From IMG/VR virus record IMGVR_UViG_2541047786_000001: a stretch of 40,052 bases of DNA; one strand, given 5' to 3'. This document shows, piece after piece, positions 17,890-28,497 of the stretch. Under the pieces are notes generated by a model, which saw only the letters and a list, made by a program, of their open reading frames with translations, did not search any database and was not told the origin of the DNA. The position numbers and the translations under genes were made by a program. How positions within the stretch are numbered: position 1 is the first letter of the stretch; each line of letters opens with the position of its first letter. This DNA is from a virus (lineage: Duplodnaviria > Heunggongvirae > Uroviricota > Caudoviricetes).

Positions 17890-18176
17890 AAAAATGTCCG
17901 ATAATTTTACTTTCTACCGCAGTTAGTTGATTCGTTGGTCCTGGTAGCACATTGGGCGAGGATTTAAATGCCAGGCAACTGAAGGATGATGTCGCAAGGG
18001 AGATAGCGAGAATATTTCTGATTTTCATTTGATGATGCCTCTGTGTGAAATGACGGTAAACGACGCACTTGTGCCGGCACATAATAGCAAGCACCATAAT
18101 AGATCAGATTCGATTCTTGCTGTAAGTGATAATTATTCTCGTTTTCGGGTCCTTTCCGTCGATCCAACAGGTTACG

Positions 18177-18188
18177 GGGCGGCGACCT
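18177..18188 (+). other. cosN cohesive-end sequence GGGCGGCGACCT (lambda-type cos), with the cosB region extending to about 18360
   Basis: The context gttACGGGGCGGCGACCTCGCGGtttt matches the lambda cos junction and lies immediately upstream of nu1. Confidence 0.8.
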
Positions 18189-18364
18189 CGCGGTTTTTCA
18201 CTATTTATGAAAATTTTTCAGGGAAAATCGTGTCGGTACTTCTCGAATATAACTTTTTGTTTTTTTTAATATTGCATCCGTAAAGGTCCGACATGAAAGT
18301 GTCCGAAAATGCCTTTTTCTGGCGTTTTCATGTCGGGCCTTGTATTTGATAATGGGTTGTTTTC

Positions 18365-18913
18365 ATGAAGGTTAATAAAAAGAGGCTTGCCGAAATTTTC
18401 AACGTGGACCCGCGGACGATTGAACGCTGGCAGTCTCAGGGACTCCCTTGCGCCTCCAAAGGTAGTAAGGGCATTGAATCTGTATTTGATACTGCCATGG
18501 CAATTCAGTGGTATGCGCAGAGGGAAACTGATATCGAAAACGAAAAGCTCCGCAAAGAACTGGACGATTTGCGTGCGGCAGCGGAGTCAGATTTACAACC
18601 CGGCACCATTGACTATGAACGCTACCGGCTCACAAAAGCGCAGGCAGATGCGCAGGAACTGAAAAATGCCCGTGAAGACGGAGTAGTGCTGGAAACTGAA
18701 CTGTTTACCTTCATTCTGCAACGTGTGGCACAGGAGATTTCGGGGATACTTGTGCGTGTGCCGTTGACATTACAGCGTAAATATCCGGACATTTCACCAT
18801 CACACCTTGATGTGGTGAAAACTGAAATCGCGAAAGCCTCCAATGTTGCAGCTAAGGCCGGTGAAAACGTGGGCGGGTGGATCGATGATTTCAGACGCGC
18901 AGAAGGCAGCTAA
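18365..18913 (+). CDS. nu1: Terminase small subunit Nu1
   Basis: 182 aa. N-terminal winged HTH ([26 protein letters not shown]) and a central segment ENEKLRKE...[28 protein letters not shown] closely resembling lambda Nu1. Confidence 0.9.
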
Positions 18914-20813
18914 TGCAGCCGGTGCGATAGCTACAGGGCTTTTATCTCTCATTATTCCTGTTCCACTGACGACAGTTCAGTGGGCCAATAAACATTATTA
19001 CCTTCCTAAAGAGTCGTCTTATACCCCGGGGCGATGGGAAACACTGCCGTTTCAGGTTGGCATCATGAACTGTATGGGCAACGATCTGATTCGCACGGTT
19101 AACCTGATTAAATCTGCCCGTGTTGGTTATACAAAGATGTTGCTGGGAGTGGAGGCTTATTTTATTGAGCATAAATCACGCAACAGCCTTCTTTTTCAGC
19201 CCACGGACTCAGCTGCTGAAGATTTTATGAAATCTCATGTTGAGCCAACGATAAGGGATGTTCCTGCATTGCTGGAGCTGGCTCCATGGTTCGGAAGAAA
19301 ACACCGCGATAATACGCTCACCCTGAAGCGTTTTTCCTCCGGTGTGGGGTTCTGGTGTCTGGGTGGTGCGGCAGCAAAAAACTACCGTGAAAAATCCGTG
19401 GATGTGGTCTGTTATGACGAGCTTTCCTCGTTCGAACCGGATGTTGAAAAAGAGGGTTCGCCAACCCTGCTGGGGGATAAACGTATTGAGGGCTCTGTAT
19501 GGCCAAAATCCATTCGCGGCTCGACGCCTAAAATCAAAGGCTCCTGCCAGATCGAAAAAGCCGCTAACGAGTCGGCACACTTCATGCGTTTTTATGTGCC
19601 CTGTCCGCACTGTGGGGAGGAGCAGTATCTGAAATTTGGCGATGATGCCTCGCCTTTCGGTCTTAAGTGGGAGAAGAATAAGCCAGAAAGTGTTTTCTAC
19701 CTTTGTGAGCATCATGGCTGTGTGATCCATCAGTCTGAGCTTGACCAGAGTAACGGGCGGTGGATCTGTGAAAACACGGGCATGTGGACCCGTGACGGCC
19801 TGATGTTTTTCAGCGCCCGGGGTGATGAAATTCCGCCGCCGCGCTCCATCACTTTCCATATCTGGACGGCGTACAGTCCGTTCACCACCTGGGTACAGAT
19901 TGTCTATGACTGGCTGGATGCACTGAAAGATCCCAACGGCCTGAAAACCTTTGTGAACACCACGCTGGGCGAGACCTGGGAAGAGGCTGTGGGCGAAAAA
20001 CTCGATCACCAGGTGCTGATGGATAAGGTTGTGCGTTACACGGCGGCGGTGCCTGCCCGGGTGGTTTATCTGACGGCGGGCATTGACTCGCAGCGAAACC
20101 GTTTTGAGATGTATGTCTGGGGATGGGCTCCGGGAGAGGAAGCCTTTCTGGTGGATAAAATCATCATTATGGGGCGTCCCGATGAGGAAGAGACGCTGTT
20201 ACGTGTGGATGCGGCGATCAACAAAAAATACCGCCATGCAGACGGAACCGAAATGACCATTTCCCGTGTCTGCTGGGACATCGGGGGGATCGATGGCGAA
20301 ATCGTTTATCAGAGGTCAAAAAAACACGGTGTTTTCCGGGTGCTGCCGGTAAAAGGCGCGTCTGTCTATGGCAAGCCGGTGATCACCATGCCGAAAACCC
20401 GCAATCAGCGGGGCGTTTATCTGTGTGAAGTGGGGACGGACACCGCAAAAGAAATTCTCTATGCCCGTATGAAAGCCGAGCCCACGCCTGCGGATGAAGC
20501 CACGTCGTATGCCATCCGTTTTCCTGATGATCCGGAGATTTTTTCGCAGACAGAGGCGCAGCAACTGGTCGCGGAAGAGCTTGTGGAGAAGTGGGAAAAA
20601 GGAAAGATGCGTCTGCTGTGGGATAACAAAAAGCGGCGTAACGAAGCGCTGGACTGCCTGGTGTATGCCTACGCGGCATTACGTGTGTCCGTGCAACGCT
20701 GGCAGCTTGATCTGGCTGTACTGGCAAAATCCCGGGAAGAAGAGACGACCCGGCCAACCCTTAAAGAACTGGCAGCGAAGCTGTCCGGAGGAGTGAATGG
20801 TTACAGTCGCTGA
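18885..20813 (+). CDS. A: Terminase large subunit A
   Basis: About 642 aa from ATG 18885, collinear with lambda gpA. Overlaps the nu1 stop. Confidence 0.95.
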
Positions 20814-21003
20814 ACTGCAGGCGCTGCGTCAGGCGCGCCTTGATTTATTAACCGGTAAACGGGTGGTGTCTGTCCAGAAAGATGGTCGCAGAATTGAATA
20901 TACGGCGGCTTCTCTGGATGAGCTTAACCGGGCGATCAATGATGCGGAGTCGGTACTGGGGACAACCCGGTGTCGCCGTCGTCCGCTGGGAGTGAGGTTA
21001 TGA
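20797..21003 (+). CDS. W: Head-tail connector/head completion protein W
   Basis: 68 aa, similar to lambda gpW (…LTGKRVVSVQKDGRRIEYTAAS…). Overlaps the A stop. Confidence 0.9.
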   Translation: MVTVAELQALRQARLDLLTGKRVVSVQKDGRRIEYTAASLDELNRAINDAESVLGTTRCRRRPLGVRL

Positions 21004-22592
21004 AACGAACGCCTGTCCTGATTGATGTGAACGGCGTTCCGCTTCGTGAGAGTCTCAGCTACAACGGGGGCGGTGCAGGATTTGGCGGGCAAATGGCTGA
21101 GTGGTTGCCACCGGCGCAGAGTGCCGATGCGGCCCTGCTGCCCGCGTTGCGTCTGGGGAATGCCCGGGCAGATGATCTGGTGCGCAATAACGGAATAGCG
21201 GCTAATGCGGTGGCCCTGCATAAGGATCACATTGTCGGGCATATGTTTCTGATCAGCTACCGTCCGAACTGGCGCTGGCTGGGGATGCGGGAGACCGCAG
21301 CAAAAAGCTTTGTCGATGAGGTGGAGGCGGCCTGGTCGGAATACGCCGAAGGGATGTTTGGCGAGATCGACGTGGAAGGAAAACGCACGTTCACGGAATT
21401 TATCCGTGAAGGTGTGGGCGTTCATGCGTTTAACGGCGAAATCTTTGTGCAGCCGGTCTGGGATACGGAAACCACGCAGTTATTCCGTACGCGTTTTAAA
21501 GCCGTGAGTCCGAAACGGGTGGACACGCCTGGACACGGTATGGGGAACCGTTTTCTGCGGGCCGGTGTGGAGGTCGATCGATATGGCCGTGCCGTCGCGT
21601 ACCATATCTGTGAGGATGATTTTCCGTTCTCTGGTAGTGGACGATGGGAACGGATCCCGCGTGAACTTCCCACCGGGCGTCCGGCCATGCTGCATATTTT
21701 CGAGCCGGTGGAGGACGGGCAGACCCGTGGGGCTAATCAGTTTTACAGCGTCATGGAACGGCTGAAGATGCTCGATTCCCTGCAGGCAACACAGCTTCAG
21801 TCGGCCATAGTGAAGGCGATGTATGCAGCGACGATTGAAAGTGAACTTGATACCGAAAAGGCCTTTGAATATATCGCCGGCGCGCCACAGGAGCAGAAGG
21901 ATAATCCGCTTATTAATATTCTGGAGAAGTTCTCCAGCTGGTATGACACGAATAACGTGACACTGGGCGGTGTCAAAATTCCGCACCTTTTCCCTGGTGA
22001 TGATCTGAAACTACAGACTGCGCAGGATTCAGACAATGGATTTTCTGCGCTTGAACAGGCGCTGCTGCGGTATATCGCCGCCGGTCTTGGCGTTTCCTAC
22101 GAACAGTTGTCCCGTGATTACTCGAAGGTCAGTTACTCAAGTGCCCGCGCCTCCGCCAATGAGTCGTGGCGCTATTTTATGGGGCGGCGAAAATTTATTG
22201 CGGCCCGGCTGGCCACGCAGATGTTTTCCTGCTGGCTGGAAGAGGCACTTCTTCGGGGGATTATTCGTCCGCCACGGGCACGTTTTGATTTTTATCAGGC
22301 GCGATCAGCCTGGTCACGGGCAGAGTGGATTGGTGCCGGAAGAATGGCCATTGACGGGCTCAAGGAAGTCCAGGAATCAGTGATGCGCATTGAGGCCGGA
22401 CTGAGCACGTATGAGAAAGAGCTGGCGCTGATGGGCGAGGATTATCAGGACATTTTCCGCCAGCAGGTCAGGGAATCTGCTGAGCGGCAAAAAGCCGGAC
22501 TCTCACGTCCGGTGTGGATAGAGCAGGCGTATCAGCAGCAGATAGCGGAGAGTCGTAGGCCGGAAGAGGAGACAACACCACGTGAGACGTAA
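21000..22592 (+). CDS. B: Portal protein B
   Basis: Start MKRTPVLIDVNG at 21000, overlapping the W stop (ATGA). Collinear with lambda gpB. Confidence 0.95.
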   Translation: MKRTPVLIDVNGVPLRESLSYNGGGAGFGGQMAEWLPPAQSADAALLPALRLGNARADDLVRNNGIAANAVALHKDHIVGHMFLISYRPNWRWLGMRETAAKSFVDEVEAAWSEYAEGMFGEIDVEGKRTFTEFIREGVGVHAFNGEIFVQPVWDTETTQLFRTRFKAVSPKRVDTPGHGMGNRFLRAGVEVDRYGRAVAYHICEDDFPFSGSGRWERIPRELPTGRPAMLHIFEPVEDGQTRGANQFYSVMERLKMLDSLQATQLQSAIVKAMYAATIESELDTEKAFEYIAGAPQEQKDNPLINILEKFSSWYDTNNVTLGGVKIPHLFPGDDLKLQTAQDSDNGFSALEQALLRYIAAGLGVSYEQLSRDYSKVSYSSARASANESWRYFMGRRKFIAARLATQMFSCWLEEALLRGIIRPPRARFDFYQARSAWSRAEWIGAGRMAIDGLKEVQESVMRIEAGLSTYEKELALMGEDYQDIFRQQVRESAERQKAGLSRPVWIEQAYQQQIAESRRPEEETTPRET

Positions 22593-24087
22593 TCTTTCAC
22601 ACATTATTGCCGCAGCATTCAATGAACCGCTGCTTCTGGAGCCCGCCTATGCGCGGGTTTTCTTTTGCGCGCTCGGGCGCGAGATGGGGGCAGCAAGTCT
22701 TTCGGTACCACAACAGCAGGTACAGTTTGATGCTCCCGGAATGCTGGCTGAAACGGACGAGTACATGGCCGGAGGTAAACGACCGGCCCGTGTTTACCGG
22801 GTGGTGAACGGTATTGCTGTACTGCCGGTGACCGGCACGCTGGTGCACCGGCTGGGTGGTATGCGGCCATTTTCCGGAATGACAGGCTATGACGGCATTG
22901 TCGCCTGTCTTCAGCAGGCAATGGCGGATAGCCAGGTGCGGGGCGTACTGCTGGACATTGACAGTCCGGGCGGGCAGGCCGCCGGCGCGTTTGACTGCGC
23001 TGACATGATTTACCGCCTCCGTCAGCAGAAGCCGGTCTGGGCACTGTGCAATGACACGGCCTGTTCTGCAGCCATGCTGCTGGCGTCGGCCTGCTCCCGA
23101 CGGCTGGTTACCCAGACATCCCGTATCGGCTCCATTGGCGTGATGATGAGCCATGTCAGCTATGCCGGTCATCTGGCGCAGGCCGGTGTGGATATCACGC
23201 TGATTTACTCAGGGGCGCACAAGGTGGATGGCAATCAGTTTGAAGCGTTGCCGGCAGAGGTTCGCCAGGACATGCAGCAGCGGATTGATGCGGCGCGCCG
23301 GATGTTTGCCGAAAAAGTGGCGATGTATACCGGTCTGTCTGTTGATGCCGTCACGGGAACAGAGGCTGCCGTTTTTGAAGGTCAGTCCGGCATTGAGGCC
23401 GGGCTGGCGGATGAATTAATCAATGCGTCGGATGCCATCAGTGTGATGGCCACGGCGCTGAACAGTAATGTCAGAGGAGGCACTATGCCGCAATTAACTG
23501 CAACGGAAGCCGCCGCGCAGGAGAACCAGCGAGTGATGGGGATCCTGACATGCCAGGAAGCGAAAGGACGTGAACAGCTTGCCACGATGCTGGCAGGACA
23601 ACAGGGCATGAGCGTTGAACAGGCCCGGGCGATTCTGGCCGCGGCGGCACCGCAGCAGCCGGTGGCATCCACGCAGAGTGAAGCCGATCGCATTATGGCG
23701 TGTGAAGAAGCGAACGGTCGTGAACAACTGGCGGCAACGCTGGCGGCGATGCCGGAGATGACGGTGGAAAAAGCCCGCCCGATCCTGGCTGCTTCACCGC
23801 AGGCGGATGCCGGACCATCACTCCGTGATCAGATCATGGCACTGGATGAGGCAAAAGGGGCTGAGGCGCAGGCTGAACAGCTGGCTGCCTGCCCGGGAAT
23901 GACAGTGGAGAGCGCCCGGGCTGTGCTGGCTGCGGGATCAGGTAAGGCAGAACCGGTCTCTGCATCCACAACCGCCATGTTTGAACATTTCATGGCGAAC
24001 CATTCACCGGCAGCGGTACAGGGTGGCGTGGCACAGACGTCAGCAGACGGTGATGCGGACGTGAAAATGCTCATGGCCATGCCATGA
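22582..24087 (+). CDS. C: Prohead protease/scaffold protein C (S49 family), with in-frame internal Nu3 scaffold start
   Basis: GTG start at 22582. Collinear with lambda gpC (…HIIAAAFNEPLLLEPAYARVFF…). The C-terminal Ala-rich repeats correspond to the Nu3 portion. Confidence 0.9.
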   Translation: MRRNLSHIIAAAFNEPLLLEPAYARVFFCALGREMGAASLSVPQQQVQFDAPGMLAETDEYMAGGKRPARVYRVVNGIAVLPVTGTLVHRLGGMRPFSGMTGYDGIVACLQQAMADSQVRGVLLDIDSPGGQAAGAFDCADMIYRLRQQKPVWALCNDTACSAAMLLASACSRRLVTQTSRIGSIGVMMSHVSYAGHLAQAGVDITLIYSGAHKVDGNQFEALPAEVRQDMQQRIDAARRMFAEKVAMYTGLSVDAVTGTEAAVFEGQSGIEAGLADELINASDAISVMATALNSNVRGGTMPQLTATEAAAQENQRVMGILTCQEAKGREQLATMLAGQQGMSVEQARAILAAAAPQQPVASTQSEADRIMACEEANGREQLAATLAAMPEMTVEKARPILAASPQADAGPSLRDQIMALDEAKGAEAQAEQLAACPGMTVESARAVLAAGSGKAEPVSASTTAMFEHFMANHSPAAVQGGVAQTSADGDADVKMLMAMP

Positions 24088-24123
24088 AGTCAGTGCTGAC
24101 CATCAATAGGAGGTTTTTACAAT

Positions 24124-24471
24124 ATGGTGACGAAAACCATCACTGAACAGCGTGCGGAAGTACGTATTTTTGCCGGTAATGATCCGGCTCATACCGCCAC
24201 AGGCAGCAGCGGGATTTCCTCGCCAACACCGGCACTGACGCCCCTGATGCTGGATGAAGCCACCGGGAAACTGGTGGTCTGGGACGGACAGAAAGCCGGT
24301 AGTGCGGTTGGCATACTGGTACTGCCGCTTGAAGGCACAGAGACGGCGCTGACGTATTACAAGTCGGGAACCTTTGCGACGGAGGCAATCCACTGGCCTG
24401 AAAGTGTGGATGAACACAAAAAGGCCAACGCCTTTGCTGGCAGTGCCCTGAGTCACGCGGCGCTGCCGTAA
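24124..24471 (+). CDS. D: Head decoration protein D
   Basis: 115 aa, similar to lambda gpD (…DPAHTAT…TPLMLD…YKSGTF…). GGAGG ribosome-binding site. Confidence 0.9.
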   Translation: MVTKTITEQRAEVRIFAGNDPAHTATGSSGISSPTPALTPLMLDEATGKLVVWDGQKAGSAVGILVLPLEGTETALTYYKSGTFATEAIHWPESVDEHKKANAFAGSALSHAALP

Positions 24472-24528
24472 CACGTTATCAGGCCACCGCGGTGGCCTGA
24501 CTGATTTCTGAATGAAAGGAACTGATTT

Positions 24529-25557
24529 ATGGGATTGTTTACGACCCGCCAGTTACTCGGTTATACCGAACAAAAAGTTAAATTTCGTGCGCTGTTTCTG
24601 GAGCTGTTTTTCCGCCGTACGGTGAATTTCCATACCGAAGAGGTGATGCTGGACAAAATTACCGGAAAAACGCCGGTGGCGGCCTATGTCTCCCCGGTTG
24701 TTGAAGGAAAAGTGCTGCGTCATCGTGGTGGTGAAACCCGCGTGTTGCGTCCGGGCTACGTCAAGCCGAAACACGAATTTAATTACCAGCAGGCGGTTGA
24801 GCGCCTTCCTGGTGAAGATCCATCTCAACTGAATGATCCGGCTTACCGCCGTCTGCGTATCATTACCGATAACCTCAAACAGGAAGAGCACGCGATTGTC
24901 CAGGTGGAAGAAATGCAGGCGGTAAATGCTGTGTTGTATGGCAAATACACCATGGAAGGAGACCAGTTCGAGAAAATTGAGGTCGATTTTGGCAGGTCGA
25001 CGAAGAATAACATCACTCAGGGTAGTGGTAAGGAGTGGTCAAAACAGGATCGTGACACGTTCGATCCTACACATGATATTGACCTCTACTGCGACCTGGC
25101 CAGCGGTCTTGTGAATATTGCCATTATGGACGGTACCGTCTGGCGTCTTCTGAATGGTTTTAAGCTGTTCCGCGAAAAACTGGATACCCGTCGCGGTTCA
25201 AATTCTCAACTCGAAACGGCAGTGAAAGATCTGGGCGCAGTGGTGTCCTTCAAGGGGTATTACGGCGATCTGGCCATTGTGGTGGCGAAAACGTCTTATA
25301 TAGCAGAAGACGGTATCGAAAAACGTTATCTTCCAGATGGCATGCTGGTTCTGGGGAATACTGCTGCAGATGGGATCCGTTGTTACGGTGCCATTCAGGA
25401 TGCTCAGGCGTTGTCCGAAGGTGTGGTGGCCTCTTCCCGTTATCCGAAACACTGGCTGACGGTAGGGGATCCCGCCCGTGAATTTACCATGACGCAGTCC
25501 GCGCCGCTGATGGTGTTGCCGGACCCGGATGAGTTTGTGGTGGTACAGGTGAAATAA
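24529..25557 (+). CDS. E: Major capsid protein E
   Basis: 342 aa, collinear with lambda gpE (…PGYVKPKHE…RGSNS.LETAVKDLG…GDPAREFTM.QSAPLM…). Confidence 0.95.
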   Translation: MGLFTTRQLLGYTEQKVKFRALFLELFFRRTVNFHTEEVMLDKITGKTPVAAYVSPVVEGKVLRHRGGETRVLRPGYVKPKHEFNYQQAVERLPGEDPSQLNDPAYRRLRIITDNLKQEEHAIVQVEEMQAVNAVLYGKYTMEGDQFEKIEVDFGRSTKNNITQGSGKEWSKQDRDTFDPTHDIDLYCDLASGLVNIAIMDGTVWRLLNGFKLFREKLDTRRGSNSQLETAVKDLGAVVSFKGYYGDLAIVVAKTSYIAEDGIEKRYLPDGMLVLGNTAADGIRCYGAIQDAQALSEGVVASSRYPKHWLTVGDPAREFTMTQSAPLMVLPDPDEFVVVQVK

Positions 25558-25565
25558 TCCGTGAG

Positions 25566-25594
25566 CGGGGGCGAAATGCCCCCGTGTCTTTTTT
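25566..25594 (+). terminator. Rho-independent terminator-like hairpin immediately after E
   Basis: CGGGGGC-gaaat-GCCCCCG followed by TGTCTTTTTT. Could attenuate expression of FI relative to the highly expressed D and E. Confidence 0.45.
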
Positions 25595-25608
25595 CACAGG
25601 GGGCTGAT

Positions 25609-25983
25609 ATGGCAACGAAAGAGCAAAATCTGAAACGGCTTGATGAACTGGCCCTGATTCTGGGGCGTGAGCCGGATATATCCGGGAGTGCCGCAGAGAT
25701 AGCGCAGCGGGTGGCAGAATGGGAAGAGGAAATGCAGTCATCCGGCGATGATGTACAGGTTATGAATATGGATATCCGGGAGCGGGAAACCGCGGCTCAT
25801 GATGTTCGTGAGGAAACATCCGGCGCGTTAACGCGCATCAGAGTTCTGACCTGCCTCCATCTCTGTGGCGTTGATGGTGAAACGGGGGAATCCGTTGAGC
25901 TTGCGGATGTTGGTCGGGTGATTCTGATTATGTCCTCAGATGCAAAAACACATGTTGATGGTGGAATGGCTGTTTATGCGTGA
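25609..25983 (+). CDS. FI: DNA packaging protein FI
   Basis: Start MATKEQNLKRLDELA at 25609. Position and size match lambda FI. Confidence 0.85.
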   Translation: MATKEQNLKRLDELALILGREPDISGSAAEIAQRVAEWEEEMQSSGDDVQVMNMDIRERETAAHDVREETSGALTRIRVLTCLHLCGVDGETGESVELADVGRVILIMSSDAKTHVDGGMAVYA

Positions 25984-26329
25984 TTTTCAGAATGCCTTTG
26001 ATGCCGCCCTTGCCGGGGTGGACAGTACGATTGTTGAAGTGATGGGCATCAGTGCGCAGTTCACCTCCGGTGCACAGCGTGGCGGCGAGGTTCATGGCGT
26101 TTTTGACGATCCGGAGTCGCTGGGTTTTGCCAGTAGTGGGATCCGTATTGAAGGAAGTAACCCGTCATTATTTGTGCTTACGGATACGGTTTGTGCTGTA
26201 CGGCGTGGTGACACGCTGACCATTAACGGCGAGATGTTCTGGGTGGACCGTGTTTCTCCGGATGACGGAGGGAGTTGTTATCTCTGGCTCAACCGGGGGC
26301 AACCACCTGCCGCCAGCCGTCGCCGCTGA
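25976..26329 (+). CDS. FII: Head-tail joining protein FII
   Basis: Start MRDFQNAFDAALAG at 25976. C-terminus …DRVSPDDGGSC.LWL.RG.PP…RRR as in lambda FII. Confidence 0.85.
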   Translation: MRDFQNAFDAALAGVDSTIVEVMGISAQFTSGAQRGGEVHGVFDDPESLGFASSGIRIEGSNPSLFVLTDTVCAVRRGDTLTINGEMFWVDRVSPDDGGSCYLWLNRGQPPAASRRR

Positions 26330-26340
26330 AAGGGGGATGT

Positions 26341-26919
26341 ATGGCCATAAAAGGTCTTGAGCAGGCCGTTGAAAACCTCAGCCGTATCAGCAAAACGGCA
26401 GTGCCTGGTGCCGCCGCAATGGCCATTAACCGCGTTGCTTCATCCGCGATATCGCAGTCGGCGTCACTGGTTGCCCGTGAGACAAAGGTACGCCGGAAAC
26501 TGGTAAAGGAAAGGGCCAGGCTGAAAAGGGCCACGGTCAAAAATCCGCAGGCCAGAATCAAAGTTAACCGGGGGGATTTGCCCGTAATCAGGCTGGGTAA
26601 TGCGCGGGTTGTCCTTTCGCGCCGCAGGCGTCGTAAAAAGGGGCAGCGTTCATCCCTGAAAGGTGGCGGCAGCGTGCTTGTGGTGGGTAACCGTCGTATT
26701 CCCGGCGCGTTTATTCAGCAACTGAAAAATGGCCGCTGGCATGTCATGCAGCGTGTGGCCGGGAAAAACCGTTACCCCATTGATGTGGTGAAAATTCCGA
26801 TGGCGGTGCCGCTGACCACGGCGTTTAAACAGAATATTGAGCGGATACGGCGTGAGCGTCTTCCGAAAGAGCTGGGCTATGCGCTGCAGCATCAACTGAG
26901 GATGGTAATAAAGCGATGA
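26341..26919 (+). CDS. Z: Tail completion protein Z
   Basis: 192 aa from ATG 26341 (MAIKGLEQAVENLSRISKTAVPGAAAMAINRV…), collinear with lambda gpZ. Confidence 0.9.
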   Translation: MAIKGLEQAVENLSRISKTAVPGAAAMAINRVASSAISQSASLVARETKVRRKLVKERARLKRATVKNPQARIKVNRGDLPVIRLGNARVVLSRRRRRKKGQRSSLKGGGSVLVVGNRRIPGAFIQQLKNGRWHVMQRVAGKNRYPIDVVKIPMAVPLTTAFKQNIERIRRERLPKELGYALQHQLRMVIKR

Positions 26920-27311
26920 AACATACTGAATTCCGTGCAGCCGTACTGGATGCACTGGAAAAACATGACACCGGGGCGACGCTTTTTGATGGTCGCCCCG
27001 CTGTTTTTGATGAGGCGGATTTTCCGGCAATTGCCGTTTATCTCACCGGCGCTGAATACACGGGCGAAGAGCTGGACAGCGATACCTGGCAGGCGGAGCT
27101 GCATATTGAAGTTTTCCTGCCTGCTCAGGTGCCGGATTCAGAGCTGGATTCGTGGATGGAAAGCCGGATTTATCCGGCGATGAGCGATATCCCGGCACTG
27201 TCAGATTTGATCACCAGTATGGTGGCCAGTGGCTATGACTACCGGCGCGACGATGATGCGGGCCTGTGGAGTTCAGCCGATCTGACTTATGTCATTACCT
27301 ATGAAATGTGA
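26916..27311 (+). CDS. U: Tail terminator protein U
   Basis: 131 aa, collinear with lambda gpU. Confidence 0.95.
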   Translation: MKHTEFRAAVLDALEKHDTGATLFDGRPAVFDEADFPAIAVYLTGAEYTGEELDSDTWQAELHIEVFLPAQVPDSELDSWMESRIYPAMSDIPALSDLITSMVASGYDYRRDDDAGLWSSADLTYVITYEM

Positions 27312-27318
27312 GGACGAT

Positions 27319-28059
27319 ATGCCAACACCAAATCCTCTGGCACCGGTGAAAGGGGCCGGAACCACACTGTGGGTTTATAACGGGAGCGGCGACCCTTATG
27401 CAAACCCGCTTTCAGACAATGACTGGTCGCGTCTGGCAAAAATTAAAGACCTGACGCCCGGCGAACTGACCGCTGAGTCCTATGACGACAGTTATCTCGA
27501 TGATGAAGATGCGGACTGGACCGCGACCGGGCAGGGGCAGAAATCCGCCGGAGATACCAGCTTCACGCTGGCGTGGATGCCCGGAGAGCAGGGGCAGCAG
27601 GCGCTGCTGGCGTGGTTTAATGAAGGTGATACCCGTGCCTATAAAATCCGCTTCCCGAACGGCACGGTCGATGTGTTCCGTGGCTGGGTCAGCAGTATCG
27701 GTAAGGCGGTGACGGCGAAGGAAGTGATCACCCGTACGGTGAAGGTCACCAATGTGGGCCGTCCGTCAATGGCAGAAGATCGCAGTACGGTGACGGCGGC
27801 AACCGGTATGACCGTGACGCCTGCCAGCTCCTCGGTGGTGAAAGGGCAGAGCACCACGCTGACCGTGGCCTTCCAGCCGGAGGGCGCAACTGACAAGAGC
27901 TTCCGTGCGGTGTCAGCGGATAAAACAAAAGCCACCGTGTCGGTCAGTGGTATGACCATCACCGTGAACGGCGTTGCTGCAGGCAAGGTCAACATTCCGG
28001 TTGTATCCGGTAATGGTGAACTTGCTGCGGTTGCAGAAATCACTGTCACCGACAGTTAA
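27319..28059 (+). CDS. V: Major tail tube protein V
   Basis: 246 aa from ATG 27319, collinear with lambda gpV including the C-terminal Ig-like domain. Confidence 0.95.
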   Translation: MPTPNPLAPVKGAGTTLWVYNGSGDPYANPLSDNDWSRLAKIKDLTPGELTAESYDDSYLDDEDADWTATGQGQKSAGDTSFTLAWMPGEQGQQALLAWFNEGDTRAYKIRFPNGTVDVFRGWVSSIGKAVTAKEVITRTVKVTNVGRPSMAEDRSTVTAATGMTVTPASSSVVKGQSTTLTVAFQPEGATDKSFRAVSADKTKATVSVSGMTITVNGVAAGKVNIPVVSGNGELAAVAEITVTDS

Positions 28060-28074
28060 TCCGGAGAGTCAGCG

Positions 28075-28497
28075 ATGTTCCTGAAAACCGAATCATTTGA
28101 ACATAACGGCGTGACCGTCACGCTTTCTGAACTGTCAGCCCTGCAGCGTATTGAGCATCTCGCCCTGATGAAACAGCAGGCAGAACAGGCGGAGTCAGAC
28201 AGCAACCGGCAGGTTACTGTGGAAGACGCCATCAGAACCGGTGCTTTTGTGGTGGCGATGTCCCTGTGGCATAACCATCCGCAGAAGACAAAGCAGCCTT
28301 CCATGAATGAAGCCGTTAAACAGATTGAGCAGGAAGTGCTTACCACCTGGCCCGCGGAGGCAATTTCTCATGCTGAAAACGTGGTGTACCGGCTGTCCGG
28401 TATGTATGGGTTTGTGGTGAATGATGCCCCTGACCAGGCAGAGGACTCCGGGCCTGCAGAGCCTGTTTCTGCGGGAAAGTGTTCGACGGTGAGCTGA
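28075..28497 (+). CDS. G: Tail assembly chaperone G
   Basis: 140 aa, collinear with lambda gpG, ending …PVSAGKCSTVS. Confidence 0.95.
   Translation: MFLKTESFEHNGVTVTLSELSALQRIEHLALMKQQAEQAESDSNRQVTVEDAIRTGAFVVAMSLWHNHPQKTKQPSMNEAVKQIEQEVLTTWPAEAISHAENVVYRLSGMYGFVVNDAPDQAEDSGPAEPVSAGKCSTVS

Noticed and set aside
19209-20009. 266-aa minus-strand ORF inside the terminase large subunit gene
   Set aside because: Antisense to gpA with Arg-rich composition and no start context; an artefact of the GC-rich coding region.
22597-23172. Minus-strand ORFs (191 aa and 141 aa) inside the C gene, and similar antisense or off-frame ORFs across the head and tail genes (for example 29464-30612, 31332-32347, 23382-23727)
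   Set aside because: All lie within or antisense to genes that match lambda proteins along their full length. Their compositions are Arg/Pro/Ala-biased, as expected from GC-rich non-coding frames.
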